Assembly: GCF_024521635.1 (NCBI RefSeq)
Contig: NW_026250421.1
Coordinates: 248,001-312,000 of the forward strand
DNA: 64,000 nucleotides
Source of the DNA: Tricharina praecox
Taxonomy: Eukaryota
Direction: 5' to 3'
In this document: positions 50,656 to 63,741 of the stretch, piece by piece
Numbering within the stretch: the stretch's first letter is position 1
Layout: every line of letters starts with the position of its first letter
Program-made: the position numbers and the translations under genes
Notes under the pieces: generated by a model
Databases searched by the model: none
Seen by the model: the letters and a program-made list of their open reading frames with translations, nothing else
Told to the model about the DNA's origin: nothing

Positions 50656-51689
50656 ATGTACGCCAAAACAACCTTTTGGACTGCGGCCGCGGCGGCGCTC
50701 TTCCAGCTCGCCATCGTGAACGCTGAGAAGCAGACGATCGAGTACACCTTCACGCCCGGCGGCGAGTTCGACTGCAATGCGGGAGCTCTGAACAGAACCT
50801 GTACGTGTACACCGTGTTGCTCGAGGCCTGTTCTCTGACTGACTGACTGACGTGGTATAGGCGGTCCAGGAGATCCGTACGGAGGCTGTGTCTACGCCCC
50901 TGAGGCAGAGACCCCGAGCTTGTGGTGCTGTCCTGCTGGCGGTATGTCTTCCTCCCACCATCATCCGCACATTTTTTCTCTTCCGACAGCCGCTAATACT
51001 GACTGACTATTCTAGACCTCTCCTGCTGGGGCTGGTCCACCGACTGCAAGTCCGGATCGAAACAATGCAAATCCGACGGGAACAGTAAGCCCTCCCGTCC
51101 TTTCCCTCCCATCCCTTCCCATCCCTTCCCCTCCTTCTCCTCCGGCACTAACCCCCCTCCCCCTTCAGCCTGGTGCTGCGACGCGCAATACGAAGAATGC
51201 GAATACACGGGGGGCAAGGTAAACCTGTGCCTTCTCCGTCAGGACGTATTCCCGAACCCGCAGGCGGAGCTGCCCGCCAAAAAGGAGTTCGGCGACAAGC
51301 TCGACGCAGTGTCCACCAAGATCGTAGTCGACGTCGCCGCGCAGACGTCGAAGCCTTCGGCGAGCTCGGCGTCGAAGGGGAGTTCGGCGACGGCGACGGC
51401 TACGAGGTCCGGCGCTGTTGCGAGTGCGAGTGCGAGTGTGAGTGTGTCTAAGGGGGACGATGAGACGTTTACGAGGACGCGTTCCACGTCGTCGGCTCCG
51501 GGCAGCGCTGAGGCGACGACGGAGGATGCGAGCTCCACGGCGGCTGAGGCGACGAATTCTGCGGCCGGCGAGGTGACTGGATCGGCGGTGCCGGAGGTCT
51601 CGACTGGTGCCGGCGGCAGGAACGGTGCGCAGATGGCGATGCCCGTGGGTGGTGTGCTGGTCGGGTTTGTTGTTGCTATGCTGGGTTGA
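50656..51689 (+). CDS. Secreted, probably GPI-anchored protein with the same 12-Cys domain (~271 aa), 4 exons
   Basis: Exons 50656-50800, 50861-50941, 51016-51084 and 51169-51689. Signal peptide MYAKTTFWTAAAAALFQLAIVNA; S/T/A stalk; C-terminal GAGGRNG...VGGVLVGFVVAMLG* typical of a GPI signal. Confidence 0.85.
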
Positions 51690-53072
51690 TCGGAGCAAGT
51701 ACGGCCGAATGGCAGGACTGGACGGGACTGGACGAGTATGTAATTTGTAATTGAGAGATGTGTACTTAGATAGCGGTTGCTCTGTATTCTACATTCTGAT
51801 ACTTACTATACTATATACCTATACGTCCGCGCAATGGCATACCTAGGATGCAGTTACCGGTACTGCTCGCGCATGTTCCGAGTTGTAACACGCATAATGA
51901 TGCCGATGGCGCAGTTGGGCCGATCCCCATCCCATCCCATCCATCTATCTACAAAACATCCAGGCCGACCGTCCCAGTGCCCACAACTCTTTTCCCGATC
52001 CGGTCTTCGCTATCACATGCGGTAGTAGTGGACATCAGTAATCCCATACATAATGTATCACTCGTCCCCACCACCACCATCACCACCATCACGAAACAAA
52101 AACAAAAACTAGGTAAGTGACATCTACTATAGACCGAGCTCCATCGAAATAGAACAGATGTTTGCGGCGCTCGAGCATCGAGGGGGAGTTGAGATAGCTG
52201 CAGCTGCAGGATCGGAGTGGGGTGTCTTCACTTCACTTCAACGGACAAACCCAGGCGAACTGATTGATGTTGGAGCTGGTGGCCGGGTCGGGTTGAGATT
52301 ATGTGCTACATCACTCACTATAGTACTCAACAACCAACCGAGCACGGCGATTTGGCACTATGTATGTGCGGCTTGCATCTTTGCCCCCCCTCCCCCCCCC
52401 CCCCCCCCCCCCCCTCAGGGTGATGGAGCCGGCCTGGGGATATAATTGGTGGTGGTGGGAGGAGAAGTGAGCTTACAGTGGCAAACGACTCACCACGGCC
52501 TGGTTGGGTCTGACAGATGGAGGTATGTAGCCACCGTGAGCGCACTGTATGTAGTGTGTGTAGTGTGTATGTGCGGAGGTTCGAACTCCTACATACATAC
52601 AAGCCGAGATAATAGTTGAGGAACGCAGAATTGCCAAAGATGGAAGCAGAAACTCCAAGAGACTCTGGGGAGGGGGTAACCCTGTGGACCTGAGATGGAA
52701 TTCACGTACGTACGTACCGAGGAGGAGGGTGCATGTAGCTATATATGTGGCTATGCTGTCGCATGGAACAACAATTCCGGACTGCGGAGAATGGAAGGGA
52801 CACAACACAAACACAAAGTACATTTGGGATACATAAAACCAGGCAGGAGGAGGCCTATGCACTCTACGATGCAGAATGTGCTGCTCATTGGATTGTAAGG
52901 GCACTACACTACGTATTTGTTGGTAGTGTTGGCAGTGAACGCCGGAAACAGCATCGAGTGTTTAACGGATGCGCACTGTGGCTGCAATCAAGACTCAAGA
53001 GGATGGCAAACCCAAACTCTGGCCACAAGTCGGCGGCCCCCCTCCCCCCCCCGGGCAGATCTTCGCCCTTCC

Positions 53073-53194
<122 letters not shown>

Positions 53195-54883
53195 CTACTA
53201 TATATAGACGTATTCTAGCAAAAATTGACTAGTCTAGTTGGTTGAGTTGAAATCCGGTGGTGCCCTCAGGCCCTGCCCTGCCCTGCCCTGCCCATGAAGG
53301 AAGGAAGGAAGGAAGGAAGGAAGGAATTGAAGGCAATGAGAAGGCAATGAAGGCAATGAGACTTGAAGGCAGATGAATGGGCGAAACTGGCAGCGGCGGT
53401 TGAACTTGACCCCCCACCAGCCACCGGCCACCAGCATGGCGGGCGTGGAATGGAATGGCTTATGTACTGTACCATTGACAACCCACCACCCCACGACACA
53501 TGCTCACCTATATACCTGTCTCATTGGGCTCATCTGATCTGTCCAGGCATCTGGATTGCAGAGAATAAGAAGACGTGGAAGGAAGTAAATGCTTGCCTAG
53601 GCATATTTACGGATAACCAACCCAACCCAAATTCCAATTTACAATGCCAAGTCAAGTTGCCGCCGCGTGCAAGTGGCGTAAAAAAAACCCGGCCTGACCC
53701 CACCCACTATAGTCGCATCAAAGTCAAGTCAAAGAAGTTTACTGCATCCATATAGGTATTGCATACTATATTTGGTGTTCGCCGTGGTCTACAATGGCTC
53801 ATAGATGCGAAATAAAATTGATGACCCCCCCCCCCCCCCCCTCTACATCGAACCAGACACTTACAGCGTTCGAGCCTCAAATGAGAGCCTTGATATCTGC
53901 AATTGCAGGATCGGGATCGGGATCGGGGTGTCTTCACTTCACTTTCTTCACTTTCTTCAACTCATCAAGAATCAAGATCTCAAGATCGGCCATGGGTTCG
54001 GGGCCCGGGGCCGAATGCAAAACGATGAAGCTCCACCTGAAAAGAAAAGAAAGATGAAAGGAAAAGGAAAAGAAAGGAAAAGGAAAAGGAAAGGAAAGAC
54101 GAGACGTCGGGATACTCTACCATGTAATACCGTGTCGTACTTACTCAGGTACTAGCTACCCCATGCGCGGATGCTGCCGGAGGTGGAGATGGAGCTGGAG
54201 GTGGAGGTGGAGGTACTCTATCCACCCCTGACCCAGAGCTTGAGGTCCGGGACAGCCCATCATCGTGGCGGTTTTCTCCGCAGCTCCGCATCTCCGGTCG
54301 GGTCTCCCGAGTCCCGAGTCCCGTATGTAGTATGCATCCTCCGCCCCGTATCCTCTGCCCGGTATCCTCCACCCGATATCCCGAAGAACCGCTTCCTACA
54401 TAGGGTAGCAATCGCATCTTGAAATGCTCCGTATTCAGACCATTCAGTCGTGTCGATACCTGATCACCACCACCGTGATACTTACCCCGAGTGCGAGCCT
54501 GACGGATTGACAACTACTCTGCTTACTTGTAGTGTTCAGATCACTCAACCCACCTTCATACCTTCATACCTTCATACTACATCTGTCGTAACCCCAACGA
54601 GCGCCACAACACACAACACACCACGACGAAATCACCATTCACCAGTCACCAGCACCCGTCATCCACAATTCGAAAAAAGAACGCCACACATCCATGAATT
54701 CCGCGTGCCTCCAATCCTCAAATCGTCGGCCCCCCTTCCCCGCCCCCTCCCCCAGCCGCCATATAATATAAGTAATTTTCCCCTTACACCATCCATCACA
54801 CCCCTCCCCCCTCCCCCCGCGCCCCCAGTCCAGTCCAATCAAATCCTCATCCTCGCCGGAACAAAAAACACAAAAAAACAATG

Positions 54884-54914
<31 letters not shown>

Positions 54915-55274
54915 CGAGCTTCATCATCGACATCATATGATAGTAAAGTGTGAGTACAAGGAGCAAGATGCAAAAGGAATCACAATCACATCATGTAAAG
55001 TTGTTAGTAACAGGAAAAAGAAAGAAAGAAAAAGAAGAAAAAAAGAAGCAAAAGCGTAATATAGCAAGCAGTTTGCAAACAGCGCATCCAAGAAATGCAA
55101 GTTAAACACACACAGCACAACACACAACACAACACACAAGATACACGGAAGAGACGAACAGAATACCAAATAGTGTCGTATCATGTACATACCACCGTCG
55201 CTATCCGCTCAACTCTTGACTTTCTGGCAGCCCATCAAAATAGCAATACTTTAAAACGAGATAAAGCAAACGAT

Positions 55275-58200
55275 TTAACGCTACAGGCCACTTGTCAGTT
55301 CGCGTTCGCTGCTACGCCAGATGGTCCTGCTGGTAGCACTCACCCGTCCACCCCGTCGACCACCACCGTGTCCACCACCGCCACCCTGCTGCTGTTGCTG
55401 CTGCTGCTGTTGTACTTGCTGCTGCTGTACTTGCTGCTGTTGCTGCTGCTGTTGCTGCTGCTGAGGGAACAACGGCATACCGCCGTATCCATATCCGTTC
55501 ATCAACTGTTGAGCGACGAGGGGATTGAATCCTGGCGTGATGCCCATTCCTCCGAGCATTGGGCTTCCCATTCCAGGTGGCGGCATGGGCGAGTTTCCTT
55601 GCGCTCCCCGGAACTGATCACCACCCTGCTGACCGTTGAATCCGGCTACACCCGGCATACCAAAGAACCCAGGTCCTCCACGTCCGGCCGCCATCTGCTG
55701 CTGCAAGAGCTGGTACTGGAAGGCCGGTGATCCGATGCTAGGTGCGGCAGCTCCATACATGGAGTTGAGGTTGATCTGTTCCAAGGCCCTCAGAGTTTGC
55801 TGATCCAACTGCGAAGCCTGGGGAAACTGTCCGGCCGCGGCCGAGGCGAGAACGGCAGGATCGTACATAGCCGGAGAACCACCGTAGAAACCCTGTGCCT
55901 GGACGCCATTGTCACCCATGGTGCGATGAGTGGGGGTATTGGCGTTGCTGCTGGTCTGCTGAGAGTGCTGCGAAGAGCGGCGTTCACTGGGAGTACCATT
56001 GGCGCTAACATCACGCTCCTTGCCAGGAGTGGCGTTGTTGGCGTTACGGGTCGACAATCCAACTTCATCCATCAAGCGCTTGTATCCCTGGGGCGGGGAG
56101 GCCTTCAACTTGAGCAAAACATTTCGAACGTTCTGTACCACTTCCGTGCGCATCGATTCCTCGAAGAACGGCGTGGTGAGAACCTTGAAGATGAGGGTCG
56201 CTCCGCATTGATGGTCCTTGAGAATGTCCTCCAAAACCTTGTCTCCGGGAGAGAAGAAAAGGGCCTTGAGGATGGTATCGCGAGCCTCCGGTTCGTTCTT
56301 CTGGTTGATCACCTTCAGGACGGTCAGGTAGGCTACCTTGTGCGTGCAAAGATGGACCAAGTGAGGGACCAGACGAGGCGCAAGCACGGTTCGACGCTTC
56401 GGGAAGTTGCAGGTGTCCAGGAACCAGGTCAACAGCAAAGCACCGTTGGCGTTGGTCGCCAACTGGACACTGTGCAGGGCGATGGCGGCCGCGAGCATGC
56501 GTTGCTGAGTCTTATTGGCATGGTGACTCTCCAGACAAGCGCGCATGGCCCTGGATCCGAATCGGCCCTGAGAGATCTCCCATATGCGACTCAACATGGT
56601 CTCAAAGATATAATCGTTGTACGGAGTACCAAAACGGAGACAGCACTGAAGAACATAGTTTCCATACTGGTCGAGGAATAGGGCGACCGTGTAGGGCCTG
56701 AGGCAGTCGGTAATTTTATTCATCTGTGCAGGCGTCTTCGCGACATCGATGATCTTCTGACCAGCCCAAGTACCATTCTTGTCTGCAGGGAAAGTTAGCA
56801 TCAGACACTCTAGGAACAATATACAGAGAAGCACTTACGAACACCTATTTCAGCTAGATGGGGGCCAATCTCGACGAGCATCGTCTCTTTAATCTCCTCG
56901 GAACAAAACTCAAAGAGCTTCTGAACCACAGTGTTTCCAAGGTAGTCGCTAGACAACTCTGCAACCTCCGGCAGCATGGCAAGGGCAATTTCCTCAATCT
57001 CGGATTGAGAGCAGTTGCCGTTGTCGATTCTCTTACGAATCTCGCGCAACTTGGGTGCATCGTGTATGCGATTGTGGCTGGGCTCGGGGATAGTCGGGAT
57101 CTCGGGCGCGAAGTCGTTGAATCCAATGGCGTTTTCGATGCATTGGGCGATCTTATCGACATCCTCCTTCTCGGCGCCAAATTCCTCGACAATCTTGAGG
57201 ATATCCTCCTTAAGGTCCTGAAGTCTCGGCAACTCCAACTCCATGGTCCCGGAACCACCATCGGTGCCGTTGACGCCGGTGCTGCTAGCTCCCTTCGACA
57301 ACGGGATTCCGCCTTCGTTCGAGGCCTCCGCATTGGGGCCCGGACTCGGCGATCCATAGGCTCCTCCATTGGGAGTAGGGGTTCCGTTGCTTCCAGAAGA
57401 CGACGGCTTCGCAAAACCGATACGAGTAGGTCCGGCACCGGGGAAGATTTCTTTTCCGTTCAGCGCAATACGGGCCTGAATGGCGTGTTCAGTGGTGGTA
57501 TAATTGATAAATCCACAGTTCTTATGGGTCAGGACACGAGCCGACTCGACGGTACCGAATGGCTGGAAAATATGGACGAGCGAAGTCGTAGTCGTGGAAG
57601 CCGGGATGTTGCCCAGCCATAGAGAACGAGTAGGTCCCTCGAGCTGAGATTCTTCGATGGAAGCAAGTCCACCTTCTCCACTCGACGGCCGTGGGTTCAT
57701 GGCAGCAAACTTCAAGGCCTCCAAGCTGCTCGAAATATCAAAGTACTCGTTCCGAAGATCCGAGGCACTCGTCATGGAGTCAAGCTTTGACGGTGTAGCG
57801 AGGTAGCTCTTCAGACGGTTGGCGGGTGGCGAATCGAGAACACCGGCGGTACGAGCTCTGGGTCTGCTTGGAGTCGGCAGGCTGTTCATGCTGTTCATAC
57901 TGTTCATGCTATTCATGCTGTTCATGTTCATGTTCATAGCGTTCATACTTTGCAAGTTACTAGCATAAGCGGCGACAGCCAATGCATGTGCATGCGCCTG
58001 GGCTTGAGCGGCCATGGCCCCAAGGTTACCACCCTGAGGAGTGGCAGTGCCGCTGTGCTGACCGCTGTACATGTGTCTCGATTCCTCCTCTTCCTCTTCG
58101 TCGGCAGCATACTTCTCCTTCGCATTGACGGAGTATGAACGCATGCGGTTGAGCCGCTGCATTCCCGTGAGGTCGGTAAGGAACGGTTGCATCGCTGCCG

Positions 58201-59183
58201 CGGCACGCTGGCCCTCCATCAGGATATCCAAGCCGGTAGGTCTAGCCATAGTAGCCCTCGAGGTCTGGGGGGTATCGACGAGTCCAAGATAGTCCAGCGT
58301 CCTGGGCGCCATATGAGAACCTTCGTCATCCTTGGAGAAGGACGAATGAGCGGGCGATGATGGAATTTGCGGCAATCCCGAGTTCGTGTGGCTTCGTTCG
58401 CGGGTCTGGGACCAAGAGCTGGCAAATATCGAGGGACCGAACGGGTTAACGTAATTAGTACGCGGCGGGATGTTGAGCGATCCGGATCGGAGCCTCGACT
58501 TGGTCTCGGTGACGGATGGCTGCAGTTCATTGATATCGGTGGTCTGCGGAGGATTGGCCTTGAAGGGACTCGGCGCGGGCGACGGTCGGCTCGTGGAGGG
58601 AATGCTTGCGATCGACGGGGGAGTGGTAGACATGCCACCGGGAGAGAACCTCGATGGAACCGTTCCGGCGCGAGCACGGCGGATGACAGGTGACTGGAAT
58701 TCTGTGTTCGTTACGGGGGTTGGTTCGGGGAAGCCATTAGACTGCGGGGACTCGGGTATGATGTTCTCGCGATCGCGGAGCGACGAGGACGAAGTCCCGG
58801 TTGACATTGGTCCCCAAAGACTCGGAGGCGCGACACCTTCTTCCACCTGGATCTCGCGAGCTCTATTGCACAATCCAAAATCACGTCAGCACAAGTCTCG
58901 TCATCCGCGTCGGACCGCTGGCGCGGAAACCCTACCTTTTGGAGAATAGCCGACTGCCAGCCGAAGCCTCGTAAGAAGGGGAGCCTGCCCCCATTCTTCC
59001 GTTGTTCGCCGTGTTGCCCGCGTTGCCGGCGTTGCTCATGATGCCGTTCGAATTGTAGCGCGAGGGGTTCGTCGAGGAGGTCTCGGTAGGGGAGGAGTTG
59101 GCGGTGTTTCTTCCGGAGGACGGAGCGGAAACGTTCTGTGGTGGTTTCAATTTACCCGAACTGAAATCAGAAGTAGTCGACAT
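55275..59183 (-). CDS. JSN1: Pumilio-family RNA-binding protein with RRM (Jsn1/Puf1-Puf2 class), Q-rich C-terminus, 4 coding exons
   Basis: Exons 59183-58936, 58862-56839, 56782-55344 and 55280-55275. RRARAGTVPSRF; RRM TRSLWLGNIP...ESARVLTHKNCGFIN; DAPKLREIRKRID; PUF repeats SSDYLGNTVVQKLFE, HKNGTWAGQKII, DQYGNYVLQCCL, GRFGSRAMRACLE. Confidence 0.93.
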
Positions 59184-62100
59184 TAGGAATTACACCTGTT
59201 TTTTCGTTGGCACGGCCTCAAAGTCAGCACAATGACATTCCCGATATTGTCGCCACTTTCACATCCACCACCACCGCCGTCTTTTCTTCCTTCCTTATCT
59301 TTTCGACTCTCGTGAGGGAAGCGATGACACGGGGCAGAGGGGGGAAGTGTCTGGAAGGGAAGAGGGATTGACAGACCAGTAGTAGCCCCGCCAGGAGGGA
59401 GACTTGCTCGTGGAGCAACGATAAGATCGAGTACCGGAATCGAGATGTATCCCCTTAAGAAGAAGGGATATGTGATTTTGTTCGAGCGGGAAGGACAACC
59501 TACAGCGCCAAATTCGGTTGGGAAATAGAGAAAGAGAATGGAGATAGTCGTAGATAGTCGGGAGGGGAGGAGGAGGGGATGGCGGTTGTTGTTACGTATG
59601 GGAATAGTGTGTTGGGGTGGATATTGGGTAGCGGTGGTGCGGGAGGGCGAGAGAGGGAGAGTTGAGTTTGGCCTCGTTGCTCTCGCTACTGTTGCTGTGT
59701 CCGGAAGTGTCGCCGCTTTTCCTGGCAAGTACCGAAGTCGTGCGTTGGGTTGCGTGAAAGTGAATACCTTCTGACTTCGAGCCTCTTTCTCTTACAATGG
59801 GGCCTCAACGACTTTTTCGACAACCAATCAACGGTCAGTCTATCACTCCGACAATAACCAACCAACAGTTCAACGCTGGCTCTCCTCTCGTCGCAGATTA
59901 TGTGAAGGTGGATGTGTGCTGATTAGATTCCGTGAAAACGCAGCTAGGCGTGTGACGCTGATTGAACGATTTCTTTAGTTATTACGGCTGCGGTCGGGGC
60001 AAAGGTCGTAGAGATTTGGCGCTGAGCGGAAGTAATAGAGTGAAGGAAGCAAGTAACTACGCAGCCGATGCGGGATGGACCGTTAGACAATGATTGAGGC
60101 CCGGCAGATGTCTATATTGTGCGCGAATATGGAATAGAAGGAAGGAGAGGAAGCGGAGCGGGCTTGAGGAAATTGATGGGGGGAGGTGGGTGGAGGGGGA
60201 GCGAAGAGGGGGGCGCGGACGGGGGGAGGGAGGGGAGAAGAAGAAGAGGGAAGAAGAGTGGAAGAAAGTGATGGGCAGAAACTACCCATCTACTTTACAC
60301 AAATCATCTAAGCGGCCAAGGGTTCTCCGCGTGTCGAGTAGAACAGGTACAGTAGAGTAGAGCACTGTACTCTACTTCCACTGTACTCTATCTACAGTAC
60401 GGTACCGCAGGTACATACGAACAAGCCACTTTCAGGTACGGGTGGAGCACAGACACAGTGAGGATCTTTGAAGAAGCACATGTGTCCCCGGGGCAAGGGA
60501 GGAAGAGTGGGGTGGACAGCTTATGCGTCGATGGATATGTATGGAGGTATTGTTGCCGGGACGATGCGCGTGACTTTTGAGCAGGAACGACAGCAAGACT
60601 CACCTAGCAGATTCCGGGCTCTGTCGAAGATAGCGGGATCGGGTTCCAGAGAGCCGATAAAGAAGGGACGTCGTGAGTGGGGCAGCAGGAACGATACGAA
60701 ACGGCCGCGGCGTAGGCGGAGGGAGGAGTCACAATGGTTGCGGATTGAGCGGGGGATGTGGGAGTGCGACTGCGACTATGTAGATATACACACAGGGCCT
60801 TTAACGGTGAATTAAAAGGGTGCTTTTCGTGTGGAATGAAATGCTCCGCCGAATATGAAGAGACAACTTGAAGGTGTCAACGGCAACGCACAAGATGGCA
60901 CTGCTGCTGAAGAGACCTGGGCCGACGAGAAGAACGGAGAAGGGAGAGGGAGGGAAGAAGGGAGGGAGGAGGGGAGGGGAGAAAAGAGGACGGAGTTGAG
61001 GCTGGAGGGGAGGGGAGTAGAGTAAGAGGGGAGGGGGTGGAAGGGGAGGAAGGGAGGGGGAGGGGAGGGGGCCGTCCAGGAGTTCAGGGCCGGCGGAAAG
61101 AGATATGGTGGTGGTGGGACGGGGGCGACGGGGATGAACGGCTGCACCGTTTCGGGGTGCCACTGATTGCAGAGTACTGGTACTTGACTTCCACCCGGTC
61201 GACATCCCCCTCCCATCCAAGACAAATCATTCGCCTTCTAGAGCATCTCCCCACCCACCGCAAGACCGCCGCTGCGGCCCGCAATGATTGGGTTGCATCC
61301 AACCCCCTGCCGAGAGGGAAAGAGACACCAGGCCGAAGAACATCGACGAGAGGTAAGCACAAGCCCGTTGGATTGGGTTGGATTGGATTAGGTTGGGCTG
61401 GGTGGAATTGGGTTGGGCAGAATTGGGTTCAGCAGAACGCTGATGTCCGCCTCGCGGGGATGGAAGTGGAGTTGCTTTGCGTGCCCCATGTCCGTGGGAT
61501 CTGTCTGGTTGCCGATGCACGTCGTCCGCCCGTGTCAGGGCGCAGGGAGCGAGGCAGTGGCGTCGGCGGCACTGTACCTGAATATGTAGAGTACGTACTC
61601 CGTTTCCTCTGCGAACGTTTATTCCTTCTGACTTTTCCCGCGTGGCGATCCGGAGACTTTCCGTGCGGAGCAAAGTATATTATTGTGCGGAGTAGGTAAA
61701 GCATAGCATTTCACGGTGCGAAGCATAGTTTCCACCCATTTCACGGTAGTATTGCCTTCTACCGTTCGGAATCCAACCCTGACCTGCATAGAGTACAGAT
61801 CGAAGGTTTGGTCCACCTAACCCTTCTCCACAGCCCCCATTCGAAGCTTCAATACGCATCCAGGGTCTTCCTGTCAAAATTCCGAAAGTTTAGCCACCGG
61901 AAAAGGTGCAATGCCCAACCGTCTCGCGCCGAATGGCGTAGCGGAAGCTGTATGTGTCCCTCCGCATCGTACTCGGGAGCCGCTCGGTCGAGTCGTCAAA
62001 GCTTGAATATAGTACAATACATAAAGTGTCCCCGCTCCACGGCCGGCCATCCACTACCTCGCATCCGAAAGTTTGACATTTCGATGGGCAGGCTCTGACT

Positions 62101-63689
62101 CAACCGTGCCGGCAGTGGCCCCATCCGCCCGGCGCCCGCCCACGTGGGGAGTAGTACCTGGAGTTCGAGATGGATGGATGCGCGTATCATGTGTTTGGAT
62201 GGATGGGTATCCCCAGGGAGGAGAGGAGAGCTCTGCTCCCCAAGCAGAGTACCTCGAACGGTGAAGTACGTACCGCGTACGCACACTTACGCCAGCGCAC
62301 AGCGACGGGCGAATAAGGCTGCAAGGAGTGCTTCGCAGCCGCTACATACATAGTAGAGTCCTTCTCCAACTGGGATTTCCCATTCACCCACACCCGACCC
62401 CGAGCGAACACAGAAGTTCTGGCGTTTCATTGGTAGCCAACTGTGGACGCGGGGATGGTGGCGGTGGTGCAGGAGGTCCTCAGATGTTTCAGGTTTCAAC
62501 CAGAGGGGAGGGAGGGAGGGCTCATGGAGGGAGTTCCCTCGATTCCTCGAAGCTCCTCCGAACGAAGCGGATAGCCGCATTGCCTGATCCTCGGCTGGCT
62601 GGCTGGCTGGCTGGCGGTGTGGCTGCGCACCCAGCGTTCGATCGACCGTTCGTTCGTTCGTTCGCCCAAGCCAGCCAGCCGGATCAAGCCGTCCTAAGTC
62701 CTAACCTCTGCTTGAAACGCAAGTGCTCGATCAGCCAGAGTGGCCCCTCGTGTGTTTTAAATAAACAACTGCCCAATCCAATCCCTCAATTAATTGGCTG
62801 TAGGCTGTCTGTCCGTATGTAGAGTATGCTGAATGGTAGGTAGAGTAGGTAGCACCGCCCTGGGACGTTTCCCTCCCTTGCCCTTCCTTGCCCCACCCCG
62901 TACTCTAGGTACCTAGAGCACCAGTGGTGGTGGTGGGTCGCAAGCCTCGCTTCCACTTGCATGCTCACTCGGCATCGCGAACCGGCAGGTCCCCCGTCCC
63001 AGTCCCCGTCCCCTTCCCCGTCCCCCATCCCCCGTCCAGCAAGCAAGCGCCCACTCGCCGCAGGATCCGCAGGGCCCGCCGTGTCTCACAACCTTCCTTG
63101 TCGTCGTAAGCTTTCTTTCCCGCACGAATGAACGCAGGCCCGGCCGGTGAGGGTTCCGTAGGTGAGGGCTCCGTAGGTGTTCCGTGAGGCTTCTTGCAGA
63201 TGGGGGGTTTGTTTTGTTTTGTTTTGTTTTGTTTTTTCGACTGCGAGCGAGCGAGTGAGCCCGTTTGGTGCCTTACATAGAGGTACATAGAGTAGAGTAG
63301 AGTAGAGTACTACATGGGGGTTGGCTGACATGCATTTTTTATTCTGAGTGCCCCACGGGCAAGCAGGCAAGCAGGCAAGCATACGCGTCCCAACTCCCCA
63401 AGCTCCCAAGTTCCCAACCGTCCAACCGTCCAACCGTCGCGAACTTGGAACTCTAGAGTCTATGTACGTACATAAGGTAGTACGTACCGGCGACCGCTGC
63501 TAGTTATGCTAAACTGTCCGCTGCTAAACTGCCCGCGCCGCCGCCGGATCGATCGGTCCGTAAATAGCCTTTTCCCTCCCTCCCTCTAGAGTTTAGATAC
63601 CTAGGCTCTGAGCCTGAGTCTGAGTCTGAGTCTGAGTCTCTGCACTCTGCAACTATGCACCTCGCAACTCTGCAACTCTGCAGCCGGAA

Positions 63690-63741
63690 GTCAAAGTTGG
63701 AGGTCAAAGTTGGAAGTCAAAGTTGAAAGTCAAAGTTGAAA
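63690..63741. repeat. 13-bp tandem repeat x4 (GTCAAAGTTG[G/A]A[G/A])
   Basis: Direct reading; preceded by (CTGAGT)n at ~63615-63638. Confidence 0.85.

Noticed and set aside
63608..63741. Short regular repeats superficially like a CRISPR array
   Set aside because: Directly adjacent tandem units with no spacers, in a eukaryotic context.
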